A stretch of 63,963 nt of DNA, the filler included, from Reticulomyxa filosa (Eukaryota; Protista; Foraminifera), in assembly GCA_000512085.1 (NCBI GenBank). It is 12 parts of 12 records of this genome, joined end to end, with 100 filler letters (N's around TTAATTAATTAA, not from the genome) between each part and the next. Parts side by side here need not be neighbours in the genome. Positions count along the whole stretch, not along the records: positions 25,360 to 34,407 come from ASPP01005456.1; positions 34,508 to 44,190 come from ASPP01020785.1; 10 more parts are not named here. One strand, 5' to 3'. Positions 25,260-38,572 of the stretch are shown piece after piece. The notes beneath the pieces were generated by a model. The model did no database searches and was not told the DNA's origin. It worked only from the letters and a program-made list of their open reading frames with translations. How positions within the stretch are numbered: position 1 is the stretch's first letter; each line of letters opens with the position of its first letter. A program made the translations under genes and the position numbers.

Positions 25260-26518
25260 NNNNNNNNNNNNNNNNNNNNNNNNNNNNNNNNNNNNNNNNN
25301 NNNTTAATTAATTAANNNNNNNNNNNNNNNNNNNNNNNNNNNNNNNNNNNNNNNNNNNNATACTTGTTACATGAACATACGCCTGCCGCAAGTATCCCTC
25401 CTTCCTTTTACTTCGAACCGCATAATGTTAGATCATATGGCGGATTGTATTGCACTTCGATTGTGAACAAAGATAACTTAAAACTCTTATGTAAGCTTTG
25501 GGCTCACAGTTATAGAGACAAAATGAAAATGTTGATGCTCCTCAAAGTATTCAGCAGACGAAATGAATTTGATTGAAAAACATTCGCGAATGTAATGCTT
25601 TTCTTTCTTTTTTTTTTTTTTTTTTTAATAACTTTTTGACCAGGGAGGGGGAGGGGGAGGGGTGGGGAAAGGAAAGGGAAGAACCAACCCCGGGATTGCC
25701 ATTGGTGAAATTTATATATATATGTTTTTTCTTCCCCCAATGCTTCCCGACCTCATTACTGTTTCTCAAACTCTTTTGTTCAATGTTGTATTCTTTTGAA
25801 ACCTTTGTTTGACACTCCAAAGTGCATTCAGTTTTTTGTAGGGAACCTTTGAAGTAACTCATAAAGAAACCAAGAAAATAAAGGTTTGCAAAAGACGGGA
25901 ATCTGCAAGCTACATGTCGGCTGATTTGTATATTTCCGAGTGTGTTAGAATTGTGGTGAATAAATAACAAATCATCACTAGTTTGGCAATTGTGTCATCT
26001 TGTCTATTACATTGAGTTGGATCCTTTCCTAACTCTTGATATTGGGCCTTTAATTCATAGAAGATTTGTGTGGCAAAAGTTTTTACGTTTGATGAGGTTA
26101 AAGTAACCTTGTGTTCAAGAGTTTTTGTTGACTTTTTTCAATGATAGCAAAAATTGTTCTTCGACTTTTAATTTTGTTTGATAAATTTTTTGCCACACAA
26201 ACTAACCATAAAAAAAAACAGTCAAGAGGAAATTTTCCAAATATTTTTTCACACAAGCTAAAGATCACAAATTGGTGAGAAATATTTTATATGAAAATGA
26301 AAGTGAATGTACTTTTACAGACTTTGGAAGATATTTGAAAGTTTTATGTCAAATTTCATGTTTGAACGAAAAATGGACAACTCTCGGGCTCGGGATTCAG
26401 AATTAGTTCCTCATTTCTTTGTCAAAATTCGAACAGACTATAGAAATACAAAAGACGGGATTGAAAAAAAGTGGACTACTGATCGAAGGTCGTGGAGGAA
26501 GACAGTGAAGTTTGAACG

Positions 26519-27344
26519 TTAGGAATGAAAAAAAATCATTCCCGCAAAGGCCTCCTTTTTATCTTTCATTTTCCACATTTTTTGATTAAACCCACCGGCC
26601 ATCTGACGTTTATTTTCCAGTTCTTTTGGATTGTCATTCAGATAGTCACTAATCAAAGGCTTGTCTTCGTTGTCTTGACACATCGGGCCTCTGTAAGGGT
26701 TTATTGGATTATCATAGACAGGATGCAATGTGTTTACAACGCGTGACATGTTGACATTCATGTCATTGACCCGTAAATTGACATTTGTGTTTTCATCAAA
26801 TGATGACAATTCGTTCATTTCCATTATTTTTTGTTTTTGTTCTCTTTCAACATCCAGCGCTTGGTTCTTTGCAATCAATGTTTCATATTTATGTTGCAGT
26901 TTTTTCAATTCATTTTCTGCATTGCTCCTTTCATTCGAATTTCCATAGGTCAGTCCATACACTAAATCTTCGACGCGTTCTAAAAAATCGTCCCATTCTT
27001 TTTGGCTAGCAAAGTCTGTGCTTCGTAAGTTTAACATTCCATTTACACGTCTTCGGGCGTCACTTTGCGTTTTGAATTTTTGCAAAGATAAACTCTCAGA
27101 TTTGAAGCTCTTTTTTGAAATTTTGTTATTGCAGTTGCCACAATGCATAAATGGATTACTTTTAAACGCTCCATTCAAACATTGCTCACATAAAACATAG
27201 CCACAACATTCACTGAACAAAAACACTAAGTCAGGTTTGATCAGTTTGCTTGTGTTGCAATGTGGGCATTCTTCTGCGTCAAAAAAGGACTCCAGTTTTT
27301 CCACAGAATGTAAAAGACGATTGCCACAAGCGTATTCAGTACTT
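26519..27344 (-). CDS. MNAT1: CDK-activating kinase assembly factor MAT1 / TFIIH Tfb3
   Basis: RING CPHC...CCGYVLCEQC...CGNC; MAT1 coiled coil RRRVNGMLNLRSTDFASQKEWDDFLERVEDLVYGL; C-terminal AGGF...EAFAG. No in-frame ATG in this exon; a ttcag acceptor at 27345 implies a small upstream exon. Confidence 0.92.
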
Positions 27345-27755
27345 CTGAATTATGTCAAAGTGTACAATAAGAAAATATTGTGCGCAGCCCGTTTAAACAA
27401 AGTTCAATGGTTTGGTTAACAGAATTTCTTAGTGTTTGAGTATTTTGTAATCTCAAAAAATTTAATTGTCGATGAAACAGTAGTTCAGAAAATGTTATAC
27501 TAACAATGGATCTTCCTAGATATCCTTTGAGGTAGTTTTGCGTCAGCATAAATTTAAAAAGTACAATACAAATCAAAGTATTAGAAAGCAGAAAGTATGT
27601 ATCTAAAAAGAAATTTATTTTTATTAATGTTCTCAGTAATCGCTAACACATTTAATGGTTCCAAAAAATAGCAAAATTTAATAAAGATTAAATGAAAGAA
27701 TGATGAAATTTATGAGTGATTTTTGATTTTTCAATTGTGTGTTTGTTCAAAAAAG

Positions 27756-29549
27756 ATGCGAGAAACACGTGGCCTAGATTGTGTTTATAGTTAGTTTGTA
27801 CATTTGTTGTTGGATTACATGTTCACAACAAAAAATTTGGCAAACAATAGACCCAATTTTCTTGGAAAATAGAACAAAGCACCCCGTGTGCTACAGAGAT
27901 CGGTCTGGGCTGGACGACAATGTCATACTATCACGTCCAACCAAATATTTGAAACGTCCAAACTGGAATAGTATTAACATTCCTGCTTATATGTGAGGAG
28001 ATGTCCCTTCTAAACTTTGGTTTGCAATACATTTAAAGCTGCAAAAAAAATATAAAAAAATAAAATAGTGTGCTTGACCCACAACTGTTGGCAAATTCAA
28101 AAAATGAAACATTGTGCTTGCCTGAGTCCCTCAACAAGCAAAATTCTCCGTCAAATGAACAAAAAGATCAGGATCTCAGTGATCAACATAAAGACTCACG
28201 ATTGACAAACAATATTTGTGTGCAAACTGATTATCGTGAGAGCGAAGCTCAAACAGACCCATACTCTCCAGTATGCTCTTTGTAACTTTTCTTTTAAACA
28301 AAATTTGGAGTGTATTGTAACGTATATGTTGTTTTAGAATTATGTGATTATTCCTGACCGAAACGGAAACAGAAATGCACCTGTTTTGCAGTTAACTAAT
28401 CTAAAATACTGTTAAGTGCCATTATACAACAAGAATATTTATTTTAGAGCAATTGCCCTCCACTTGTAATTTTTAGTTTATTTTGTTTTACATAAAGGTA
28501 AAATATTGGTATATTGTATCGTAATGATTTATAAAAAAAAAAAAGCAAAAGGGACGCTGCCCATTGGTGCGTCAGAATTAGAGGCACTAGAAAGAGCGAC
28601 CGTAAAACAGCAAATAGTAAATATGCTTCCAAAAGACGACGATAAAAAATCAATAGCGATACGTCGAAAAACCCTGAGTGAAATAGAAAAAAGAGATTGG
28701 AAATTCCAGCAACATTTGCTGCAAAAAAAACAAGACCAACGCTTTGATGTCATCATGAACAAAGTGAGAAAGCGCGACGAACAAATGGAAAGAGAGACAC
28801 AGCAGAGATTAGATAAATTGCGTTATAACATTTACGAAAGACAAACGCATTTTAAAGATAAGATCCATCGTAAACGTGTACAATGTTCAAGAAAAATTGG
28901 TCAATCTTATGCAAAATTTCAGAGCCTGTTGGATGCCAGTAAATGTGGAGTGCGATACAACTTTGCAACCATTGATGATTATCATTCGTTTGATAGTAAA
29001 ATCTATCTCGAATCAAAAGCACTTGGACACATCCCACAGCATTCAAATGATCATCTTATTCACAGTATCTTGCAGTCGGAAGAAATGCAAACTCATGTCA
29101 GAGAAAATATGATACACTTGCACAATCAAAGTACTTCCCAAATATCTGGCTCCCAGAATGTCGCACTGAAAAAAAATGGTCTATACAGCTGTCCGAATAA
29201 ACAAAATTCTCAAAACGAAACCAATAACAAAAATCGAAGTATTTTGAAAGATTTAAACACCATGGAAAAATTGTTACATAAGACAAACTCCATGTTTTCT
29301 TCCTTGCACGATACACAGGCAGCACGTACAACCTCTACTGAGCATCACAGCTTTTTTGATTTTATGATTCGTCCCCCCACTCCAAAGTTTAATCACACTC
29401 TTCCGAGTGACCTGGAGGTTGGGGTTACCTTAGTCCAATCCTTGATCCGAGGACGAGCTGTTCAAAATGAAATGTGTCAAGGAAAAAACGAAACTTTGGA
29501 ACTGATTGAAAAGCTTAAAAATAAGGACAAGGAAAACCAAAAACAATGA
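27756..29549 (+). CDS. CFAP91: Cilia- and flagella-associated protein 91 (MAATS1/AAT-1) homolog, C-terminally short
   Basis: Signature QTDYRESEAQTDPYSP (~28223-28270), LPIGASELEALERA, and IQ-like VQSLIRGRAVQNEMCQGK. Exons ~27756-27789, 27851-27991, 28069-28270, 28338-28410, 28546-29549. Confidence 0.88.
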
Positions 29550-30199
29550 TACACTGTTCTTTTAATACAATTAGCCAGTTTTTACAATATTCCATGCTTT
29601 TCCGTTGTTGACCAATAAGTGTGTAAACTAAGTTTTTTTTGTTCATCCATTTGATTGGTGTACCCTTTGTTGTAACTTTTCTTGAGTGTAAACGCTTTTT
29701 TAAATCTAAAATATTTGTCATATCATACGCTTAAGCGAAACTTTCTTTTATTTTTTCCTATACATCACCATGTCCATTGAGATATAGAAATGTGTATAAG
29801 TTGTTTTCTACACAATCACGTACCAATAGAAGACATTACATGACACGATGAGTGTCGGCCAGACATAACTATGATCATATTTTTGAACAAACTCAACAAA
29901 AGGGAAGTTGAACTAAATAAGAAAAAAGCACCCTCCATTTTTTTAAAATTATTTTTGGTTAAACTCCAAACACAAAAAGAGTGTTTTTCAAATAAAAGTA
30001 GCTTTGTAATTTTTCTTTTCTCCATTTGACATCAAATTAAAAGTATTATATTTCCTTCCAACAAAAAAAAAGGAAGACTGAAGATATTATCAAAAACTCG
30101 GAAAGTTCATAGTAAGAAAAAAAAAGGTTTAAGAAACATCCACAATATTTATTTACCATTTCATATAACAAACGAGCATGATTAGTTTTTGTTTTGTTT

Positions 30200-32275
30200 T
30201 TATGTTTTGAAACCCTCCTCCGCGAGTAATCGGTTTTCTTTGGCTTGAGTATAGGGTATTTCCGATTCGGAGATTGAAGGAGCGCGGGTTCTATGGGATT
30301 GTTTGTACTTGAAGTACGCCCCACAAAAGCAGCACAGGATAGCAAGAGCTCCAAGTACAGCTGTAATGATTTCAACTTGACGCCACGTCGACGACTTTTT
30401 TTTTTTAAAAAAAAATTGTATTATATTCGTACGTTTTTTGAGATGCGATTGGAAACAACAAATGTTATTATTTTGTTAAGCTCAATCAATGAACAGCAAT
30501 ATCAAAACAGAAGCTAAACTTCACCCGGTCTTTTCAAAGCATCATCTAAAGTGTACATACTACCAAACCCGATTTTACTATGGCTTTCATCAAAGACGAC
30601 GTAGTAGCGTCTCATAAACGTATCTCCAAAAATATAGACATGATCTCCCAGTTGGTCTAACCAGGAGATGGCCAAGCAGTAGTAATTGGCATTGTTGGTG
30701 CAGCCCTCGTTGGTCATGTAATCTTTGGGGGTCAAGATGAACTGTTTGTGGCACGCAATCCAAATGAGTGTTATTTCCCATTCGAAGGGTCAACATCAAA
30801 CAAATTGTGCAACAATGACAATTAGTACAAAAAAAAAAAAAAAAGGTTGGGTCAATAACAAATGAGAGCCAATTTTTTTGTTTTTTAAAAAAAGGGGACA
30901 TAAAACGCACCGCTTTGTCGTTGATTTGAATCCACAAGTTGGGCAAACTGGCCAAGGAAGACAGTGGACAAACATATACGCCGGATACATCTTCGCAGTC
31001 GGGAGCAACCGAGGTGATGTAATTGACCAAGGTGTCATATTCGACAGAAGGCATGGTGATGTACGAAGTCCCACTATCCACAAGAGCGAAGCATGGGTCT
31101 GAGTCTTCGCAAGTGTCAATCCACACGCCATTTGACTTGGTCAATGTCGAATTGCCGCTGGGAGTGTATAAGAATCCGACGTACTCAATGAACCACATTC
31201 CTTAGTTTAGCAAAAAAAAACGTATTACCTAATTCCTTCGTTCACTCATTTTTTTTTTTTTTGAAAAAAAAAGATAGCAAATTTGAACCTGTTTCATCTG
31301 CTTGAACAACGTCTGTATAGATGAGATCACCAGCATAGTATTGGTCATCTGGGGGACCAATGATCATGAGGGAAGGATTAGCACGATCGTTTCCATCACT
31401 CAGTCTCATGCTGAACATTTGTTCGCTGATTCGTCCTTGTGAATATAAGTTCTCGACCACCGTACTGTACCCACTTTCACTCGCCTTTTTCATCGCGAGG
31501 CCCAAAATACCATCCATTGGCTCACTGCAAGCAACCATATCATCACTCCAAGCGGTTGCTTCTGCAAATACCTTTTTTTTTTTTTTTTTTGGTTTCCCCC
31601 CCCCTCCCACATTGAATTCTTTTTTCTATCTTCTACTGATCTTCTCTCCTATACTCAACTTGACTAGTCACAGATTGCCCGCCAAGCAATACTGAATCAT
31701 ACACCAAATAGCCGGATGCACTCCCTTTTCCGTATTGGATGCTCCACGACTCTTCGGGATCAAAGGCCTCGTATGTGCTCGACGAACTTGAGTCGTAAGC
31801 GTGCATCGTGTCTTTGAAAAAACAACAGTCTCCTTGGCTTGTCCGGCAAATCGCCGTACTACTGCAAGTCGAATACGTGTTACACTCATTATCTGCTGCA
31901 AATGTCCACAAATCCGCACTCCCCGTGTCAAATATTACACTGAATGATTTCGATGGCGTTCCAATCTTTATCGGACCTGTGTACATTAGGTCATAGCTGT
32001 TGTTCAGCTTGATTGTGTACGATGCACCTGTCGATGTCGATACCAATGTCGTAGATATTTCTTTTTTTTTTTTTTTTAAATTATTTATTTGGTTTTGTTT
32101 TTTTTTTCCCCCCTTCTTTATCACGACATATATATCATATGCATATGTGATGTTCAACAAACGGGCGTGCTACTGGAGAGGTCAATATATGTCGTGTCAA
32201 TGGAATTGTTATGCGTGAACCGGTACATGGAAACAGCAAAACACTTGCGATTAGAGAGAAGATAGACACCTCCAT
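30200..32275 (-). CDS. Pepsin-family (A1) aspartic protease with signal peptide and C-terminal transmembrane anchor
   Basis: MEVSIFSLIASVLLFPCTGS-RITIPLTR signal/propeptide. Catalytic FDTGSADLW and LVDSGTSYI; IFGDTFMRRYYVVFD. Introns 31572-31659, 31201-31288, 30742-30910, 30395-30519. Last exon 30200-30394 encodes a TM helix and tail. First-intron phase not resolved. Confidence 0.92.
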
Positions 32276-32893
32276 TATCAAATAATAATACTAATGTAGA
32301 CAATTTTTTTAAAAAAGGAAGACAACAACCTGTCAAAGCAGAAACATCACAATACGCATTATTTTACAGTGCGTTTATGTAAATGTTTTTATTCAAACTG
32401 AAAAAGTATGCCTTTAAAAATTAATAGGTAAATGCATTTAGAATATTCTATGCAAAGTGAACTAAACAGAGACACAAATATATTATTAATTTTTTGGTGT
32501 GGTCTATTGTTCCCTAACGCAAAATCGTTTCCGGTGGGGTATTAGTTATGCATGTTGATGAAAGTAAATAGTGATATGGTGTAATTTCTTTACAAGTTAT
32601 TAAGTTTGAGTTGTTTTTCTTTCGTTCGGCCACAACTACTTTGTTCAACTCAGAGGCGCAGGTCAAAGCTTAAAAAAATCAAAGGTGTTAAGATTCAAAA
32701 TAATAAAGTTTTGATGCAAGTGCCTCAAGCGTGTTTATTAGGTTACTTCGGAATATTAAAGCATTGAGGTCTGACGGATAATAAAGCAACAGCATTTACA
32801 GCTTTGGTTTTTTAGAAAAAGCAAAACCAAGCCTTGTATTGTAAAAGTGGAGAAAAAATAGTGTCGAAAGACTAAAAGTGCAGCAGACCAAGT

Positions 32894-34333
32894 ATGATCC
32901 CGTGGAGTCATGAGAGTTTCCCCAAGTGTGGCAATAATGACGAGGCAGTGCCTTATAATCAGTTACTTGAGAACGACGACAACGACAATTGGGAGATGGG
33001 CAGAGTAATGAGCAGAGATATTTCGTTTGACCAGGAGGAGATAGATTTGGTGTCACATTGGCAGGCAAGCATCGAAGACAGTGTGAGTGGTGAATTTGAA
33101 TCCTATCAAATCTTTCAAGACAGGATAGCAGCAGACAATGAAGTGTATGATATGCAAAATGAGTTTGGAAATATAGACGTGATGTTGAGTGGGAACGAAA
33201 GTCTGGCTCGTTGCGCCGACCCGTGCACAAGCGTGAGTAATCATCACGATCACCATGATTCGGAAAGTCCACAAAACAATGATAATGATATCGATAATGA
33301 AAACGACAATAGTCATAGCAATGGGTTATCTTGCAATGCAAATGAAAATGGCCCGTGTCTTTCATGTCCTTGGAATGGTGCCTTGTTTGGTGGTGATTCC
33401 TGTGTGTCCAGCCTTGTATGTACTGGACCAGTAGCCCCGACAGCAACAACGACAACAACAACAACAACAATGGATGGCAATTTTTACAGGAATACCGGTT
33501 TGCTGCTTCACCAGGCGAATATCAATGGTTTTCCTTGCGTCGCAAATTGGAATGCCGTTCATACCTATTCACGTATACCGACGATGACGACATCATCGCC
33601 TTCGTTCCAACACAATAGTCACACTTGTGTCTCTGCCCCGTGTTATTTCGATCCGTCCATTCCATCCACTAATGTCGCAGCGTTACAGCTACACCACGCG
33701 GCTTTTGATCCCTATCTGTCCCATACCCAACATCCGAACATGCTTTCGATCCCTATCCCCAGCTTTGATTTGCCCATCGTTAATACACGATGGTTCCCGG
33801 GTCCCCCAACGAATCACCTCAAATTGCAATCGCTTACAACTTATTCCGATCCAAACTGTGCCTGTGATCGTGACAGTGACAGCAGTGGCGGCAATGGCAG
33901 TAGCGCCTGTTGTGGCGGTGGTAGCGCAAACGAAAGTATACACATAAACATAAAGACAGACATAAGTGCAAATGAAAATACAAATACAAATACAAACACA
34001 AGTGTTAATGTTAATGCAAATGGAACTGGATATGGCAATGTTGCAGTCGACAAAGTGGTTCAATTAAAAGAAAATTCCAAATCACCCACGACAGATACAA
34101 CGTTGAAAATCCCCACGGACGCGATCCTTCGCAATACGCCAAAGATTATGACTAGTGAGAAGCGAGATGCCACCCGTCCCAAAGTCGAGGCGACTCGCAC
34201 CAAAGATAAGTGGGCAACTAAAGGAGAATATCCATGTCTCGTGTGCGGAAAGATATACCAGTACCAATCGAATTTGGCAACCCATGCAAAAATTCATACG
34301 GACCAAGCTTATGAATGCAAATTTTGTCACAAA
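32894..34333 (+). CDS. C2H2 zinc-finger protein, 3'-partial
   Basis: Long low-complexity N-terminus, then YPCLVCGKIYQYQSNLATHAKIHTDQAYECKFCHK, followed by a GT donor at 34334 and the contig end. Confidence 0.88.
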
Positions 34334-34507
34334 GTTGCGATTTTTTTTTTTTTTTAACAATTTAAAAAAATTATATGTTGTTTCTTTCTTTTTTTTTTTT
34401 TTTTTTTNNNNNNNNNNNNNNNNNNNNNNNNNNNNNNNNNNNNNNNNNNNNTTAATTAATTAANNNNNNNNNNNNNNNNNNNNNNNNNNNNNNNNNNNNN
34501 NNNNNNN

Positions 34508-34543
34508 GTTTTAGGCGTTCAGTTTTCTTTGCAATCTACTGTA
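34508..34543 (-). mobile_element. Terminus of a Tc1/mariner-like DNA transposon or MITE (copy 2)
   Basis: Reverse complement TA|CAGTAGATTGCAAAGAAAACTGAACGCCTAAAAC; matches 7962-7997. Confidence 0.65.
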
Positions 34544-34549
34544 GATTAC

Positions 34550-37500
34550 TCAATGGAATGCAATGTCCCCGCGAGAAAGAGGTTGAAGTTATGTGATGAT
34601 ATATTGATGGAAGTGTTGCTGAATTCATTGAACGGGATTTTGAAGCGCTATTATATGATCAAAATACAACAAAATCAGGTGAAACAGAAGAAGCATTAGG
34701 AAACATACAAGATCGTTTCGAAGAAGAGATTAAATCCAGATATAGTAAGTATTATCGCCAACAATTTAAAAGACTAGAGAAAAGCACAAACAAAGAAAGT
34801 GATCGCAATGATTGGAACACAAAATACAGTTGTATTAAAGTTAAAACAAATGCCAACCGGAAATATAATAACAGATATAACCTGCAACATCAAAACCTCA
34901 ATTTGAACGATACCAGAGATTACACAAAGAAAGAGAACATACGTTCGAAAAATAACCAAACTAATAATAAAAAACAATATAACGATGAATATTGGAGATG
35001 TGGTGAACATAGCCATGAACAGCGCGATTGTTCAAATAACGCAAACGAATTACAAGTGATTGAGAAACAATCACTCGAACAGAATAGCGATCGCATCTTA
35101 TTAATGCTTGGAATTGACAAGATAATGAAGGATCCTGACAAGATCGAAACCAAGTTGCATAATAATGAAATCGGGACGATTCACGCAATTGCGGATACCG
35201 AAGCATCGATACGTGCAATTAATGATAGTATTGCAAATAAATTTCAATATGTATTAACCAATGATGTCATAGCATTCGTAGTAGCACATGATGGTGGTTC
35301 GATAATTTTACAACAAAAGCTTGAACTCAATATCAACAATGCAAACAACAAACACCAAAGAGTTTAAAGAAAATTTTTATGTTGTAACAACCTTCCACAT
35401 AACTTCATCATATCACGCATTGCACTGAGACGATTAGGGTATGCTTTAAGGAGAACGAACGTTTCGAACATTTTCCTAATCGGACGCATTATTGTAAAGT
35501 CAATACTTGGAGTCATCTTCTGAACACGAGCGGAACACCGATACTAACGGTAATGACGAAAAGAATAACAGCCAAATAATTAGTGCTACCACTAAGTTTC
35601 AAAATGAAAAAAATTCTAACATTGGCATTAATATGGACAGTAAATTCAATTGCAATAATTTAAACATTCAACTCCCAAACTATCAGGACAATAACACAAA
35701 ACAAAATATCGGCATCATATCCAACCCAAAAGTTAAAAGTGGTATGGATAAATTGATCATTGATAACCAAAAGGTCACGTCCAAAAATGCATTTGACATT
35801 GGTCAAATACCAGGCGTAAAGATGAAGTTAGAACTGAAAAATCTTAAAAAGCTGATTAAATACAAACTATGTCCATTAAGCAAGCATACCAGGAAGAGGT
35901 TAAGCGACAAGTTGCTGGAGACTAAACGAGTTTTTTCGAAGTTAGATATACGACCGGGGTACTTACATGTACCAATACGAGAAGAAGACACCGAATGGAT
36001 TATACGAGTAGAATAGAATTTGTTTTGGATTCACAAACGCACCCGACACGTTCAGTGTATAATATCATCTATATTTGGAGATATTGATGACATTGATGTT
36101 TATATCGACGACATTTTGGTTGCAACTGAAACTGATGAGAAGCATTTGGAGGTCTATCCAAGGTATTTAATATATTCAAGAAGTACAATATACGGACTGC
36201 TACTGATAAATGCGAATTCTCCCAAAACAAGTTAGTCTTTTTTGGGTCAAGTGATATCATCAAAAGTAGTTTCTGCAAACACTGAGTATATTAATAAAGT
36301 GTTGATCATACAGAAGCCAATGACCAAAAAACAATTAGAACGTCTGTTGGAATTGATTCAATGGATAGTGCGATTTATTCCAAATATAGCTGCCTTGATA
36401 AACGTGTTAAATAAACTGCGAAGGAAGCAGACAAAATAGAATTATACTGATATATATGACTATGCATTCAAACAATTAAAGATGCAATAACAAATACACA
36501 TTATTACGACATCCAAATCAAAACGAATGTTTTATTGTACAATGTGATTCTTCAAATGATGCAATCGGAACGGCATTGCTGCAAAAACAAGATGGTATCT
36601 TGATAAATATAGAATTCATTTCAAAACAATTTAATTTTCACCAATTAAATTGACATAAATCAGAGAAAGAATTATACTCACTAGTATACGCAATAAAAAA
36701 ATGGATACACTACTTACTTCTTCGTAAATTCATCGCTTACACGGATCACAAAAATTTATCGTCTATATTCAAACTATCAGTAAAGCAGGCAAACAGCAGA
36801 TTATCACGATGTGCAATAATATTGAGTGAGATATTTTCTTGGACGCGAAAATTGCGGACTTTTTATATAGACACCCAACATCATTGACAACTAATAAATT
36901 GTTAGTAGTCACTCAATCAAATATGGTATATCATAATAAGGGTAACAACGTTGATGACATCTATCAAATTAAAAAAGCTTTCATTATGAGTAGTGAGATT
37001 CACGACTATGACGATTTGTTCAAAAAACATAAGTTTATCGACTCACAAAATAACGACAAACTGATTGCATCTAAAAAAAATCATTTTAACAATCAATATA
37101 CAAGTATAAAAACATATACTAACTTACCTGCACATTGAAAAAACTCAATCAAACAAAATAAAATTGGTTAAATAAAATAGGTATATTAACATATGATAAA
37201 TATCGTCCCAAAATCAATCCGGAATTCTATAATATTATAACTTTCATTGCCATGCCTTAGCACAGCACCAAGGAGCGCAAAGGGTGACCACAACCATTAT
37301 TGAGCGTCTGTATTGTCCTGGACTAGATGAAGATGTAAAGAAGTTTTGTTACTATTGTTTTACGTACCAAGCATTAAAGACTGTTCCCAATGTAGCGTGG
37401 AAGAACTCCAGCATTTCCCCGCGGAGAGACCATTTCAAATGGTTGTATTGATATTGTAGGTCCATTGCCACAAACCAAATAAAATGTTGGAGTTGAGTCC

Positions 37501-37835
37501 ACACGAATTGGTGTATGTACAAAAGTTTAATTTAACAGCAGATGTCAAATTGAATTTACCTAAAGAAAAATTTACTAACAGTCATGAAGCGCTGTACAAG
37601 TACAAATGTACTATGCAAAAACAGCTAGCGATTATACGATAAAAATCGTTACATATGCAAAAAATATATTATTACAAGCGCAAAATATTCGAAAATAAAA
37701 ATAAACACAAAGACAATTTTTCGGTATGCGACTAAGTGTTATTGTCAGTCGGTGACCAAAGATTTTGGAACAAAGCAAAGCTTTTAACAAAATTTATTGG
37801 TCCATATACTGTTATCCAACGAATTGGATCAAAAT
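34550..37835 (+). mobile_element. Decayed Ty3/gypsy LTR retrotransposon internal region (gag-PR-RT-RH-IN)
   Basis: Knuckle YWRCGEHSHEQRDC; protease AIADTEAS; RT FSKLDIRPGYLHVPIREED and VYIDDILV; RNase H CDSSNDAIG..EKELYSLVYAIKKW..YTDHKNL; integrase zinc region and DIVGPLP; GPY motif KFIGPYTV. Many stops and frameshifts. Confidence 0.93.
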
Positions 37836-38572
37836 TTGTATATCTTTATATATATACAGTGTATATATTTTCCTTAAGGATTTTCTTAAGTGGCCCCTTT
37901 TATACTGATATAGCTAGATTTTCGCCTTGGATCAAAAAAAGTAAAAAATACAAAAAGCAAAAATAATCGTTTTTATCCGGCGTCGTAGAATGACGCCAGA
38001 TAGAAATTCTTACTTTTTTTATTGCTATTATTGTTAATAATATTCTATTATTAAGTTTTTAGAGTTTTTTTAAATTTTTCTAAGTTTTTATAAAAAATTA
38101 ATTTTTTAAAAAAACCAAAGTCCTATAAGGAATTTTTAAAAAACTTTTTCCCTTCATTTTCTTTTTGCTAGACGCACTAAGCAATTTTTACATCATTGTT
38201 TTCGTTCGGCTGTTGTGTTTGAAGGGGGGGCCAACGAATACCAAAGACTCTATCATAATTTTGAACTTATTTCAGCTCTTTCTTCTAGAAATATAATTGA
38301 AAATAACACATCTTTTGACAAAATACCATATACTTTGACTCGGAACATTATCATAAGTTACTGGTTCGTGGTTCTCTTCAACCAGTAGTCTTGTTACTGA
38401 AAGGAAAAGAAAACTAATCAGGTATAAGATATCGAGACAATTTACAGTAACGATTTTTGTTTTTGTGTTGATTGTTTCATTGGAACAAGACCAAAAGAAA
38501 AATATATTGATATGATTGTAAAATATAGAGAGATTTGTTTATTGTTTGAATAAAGATAAAATACACGGCGGG

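Noticed and set aside
38221-38230. GAAGGGGGGG as the gypsy polypurine tract
   Set aside because: Not followed by a TG LTR start, and there is no second LTR copy to confirm it.
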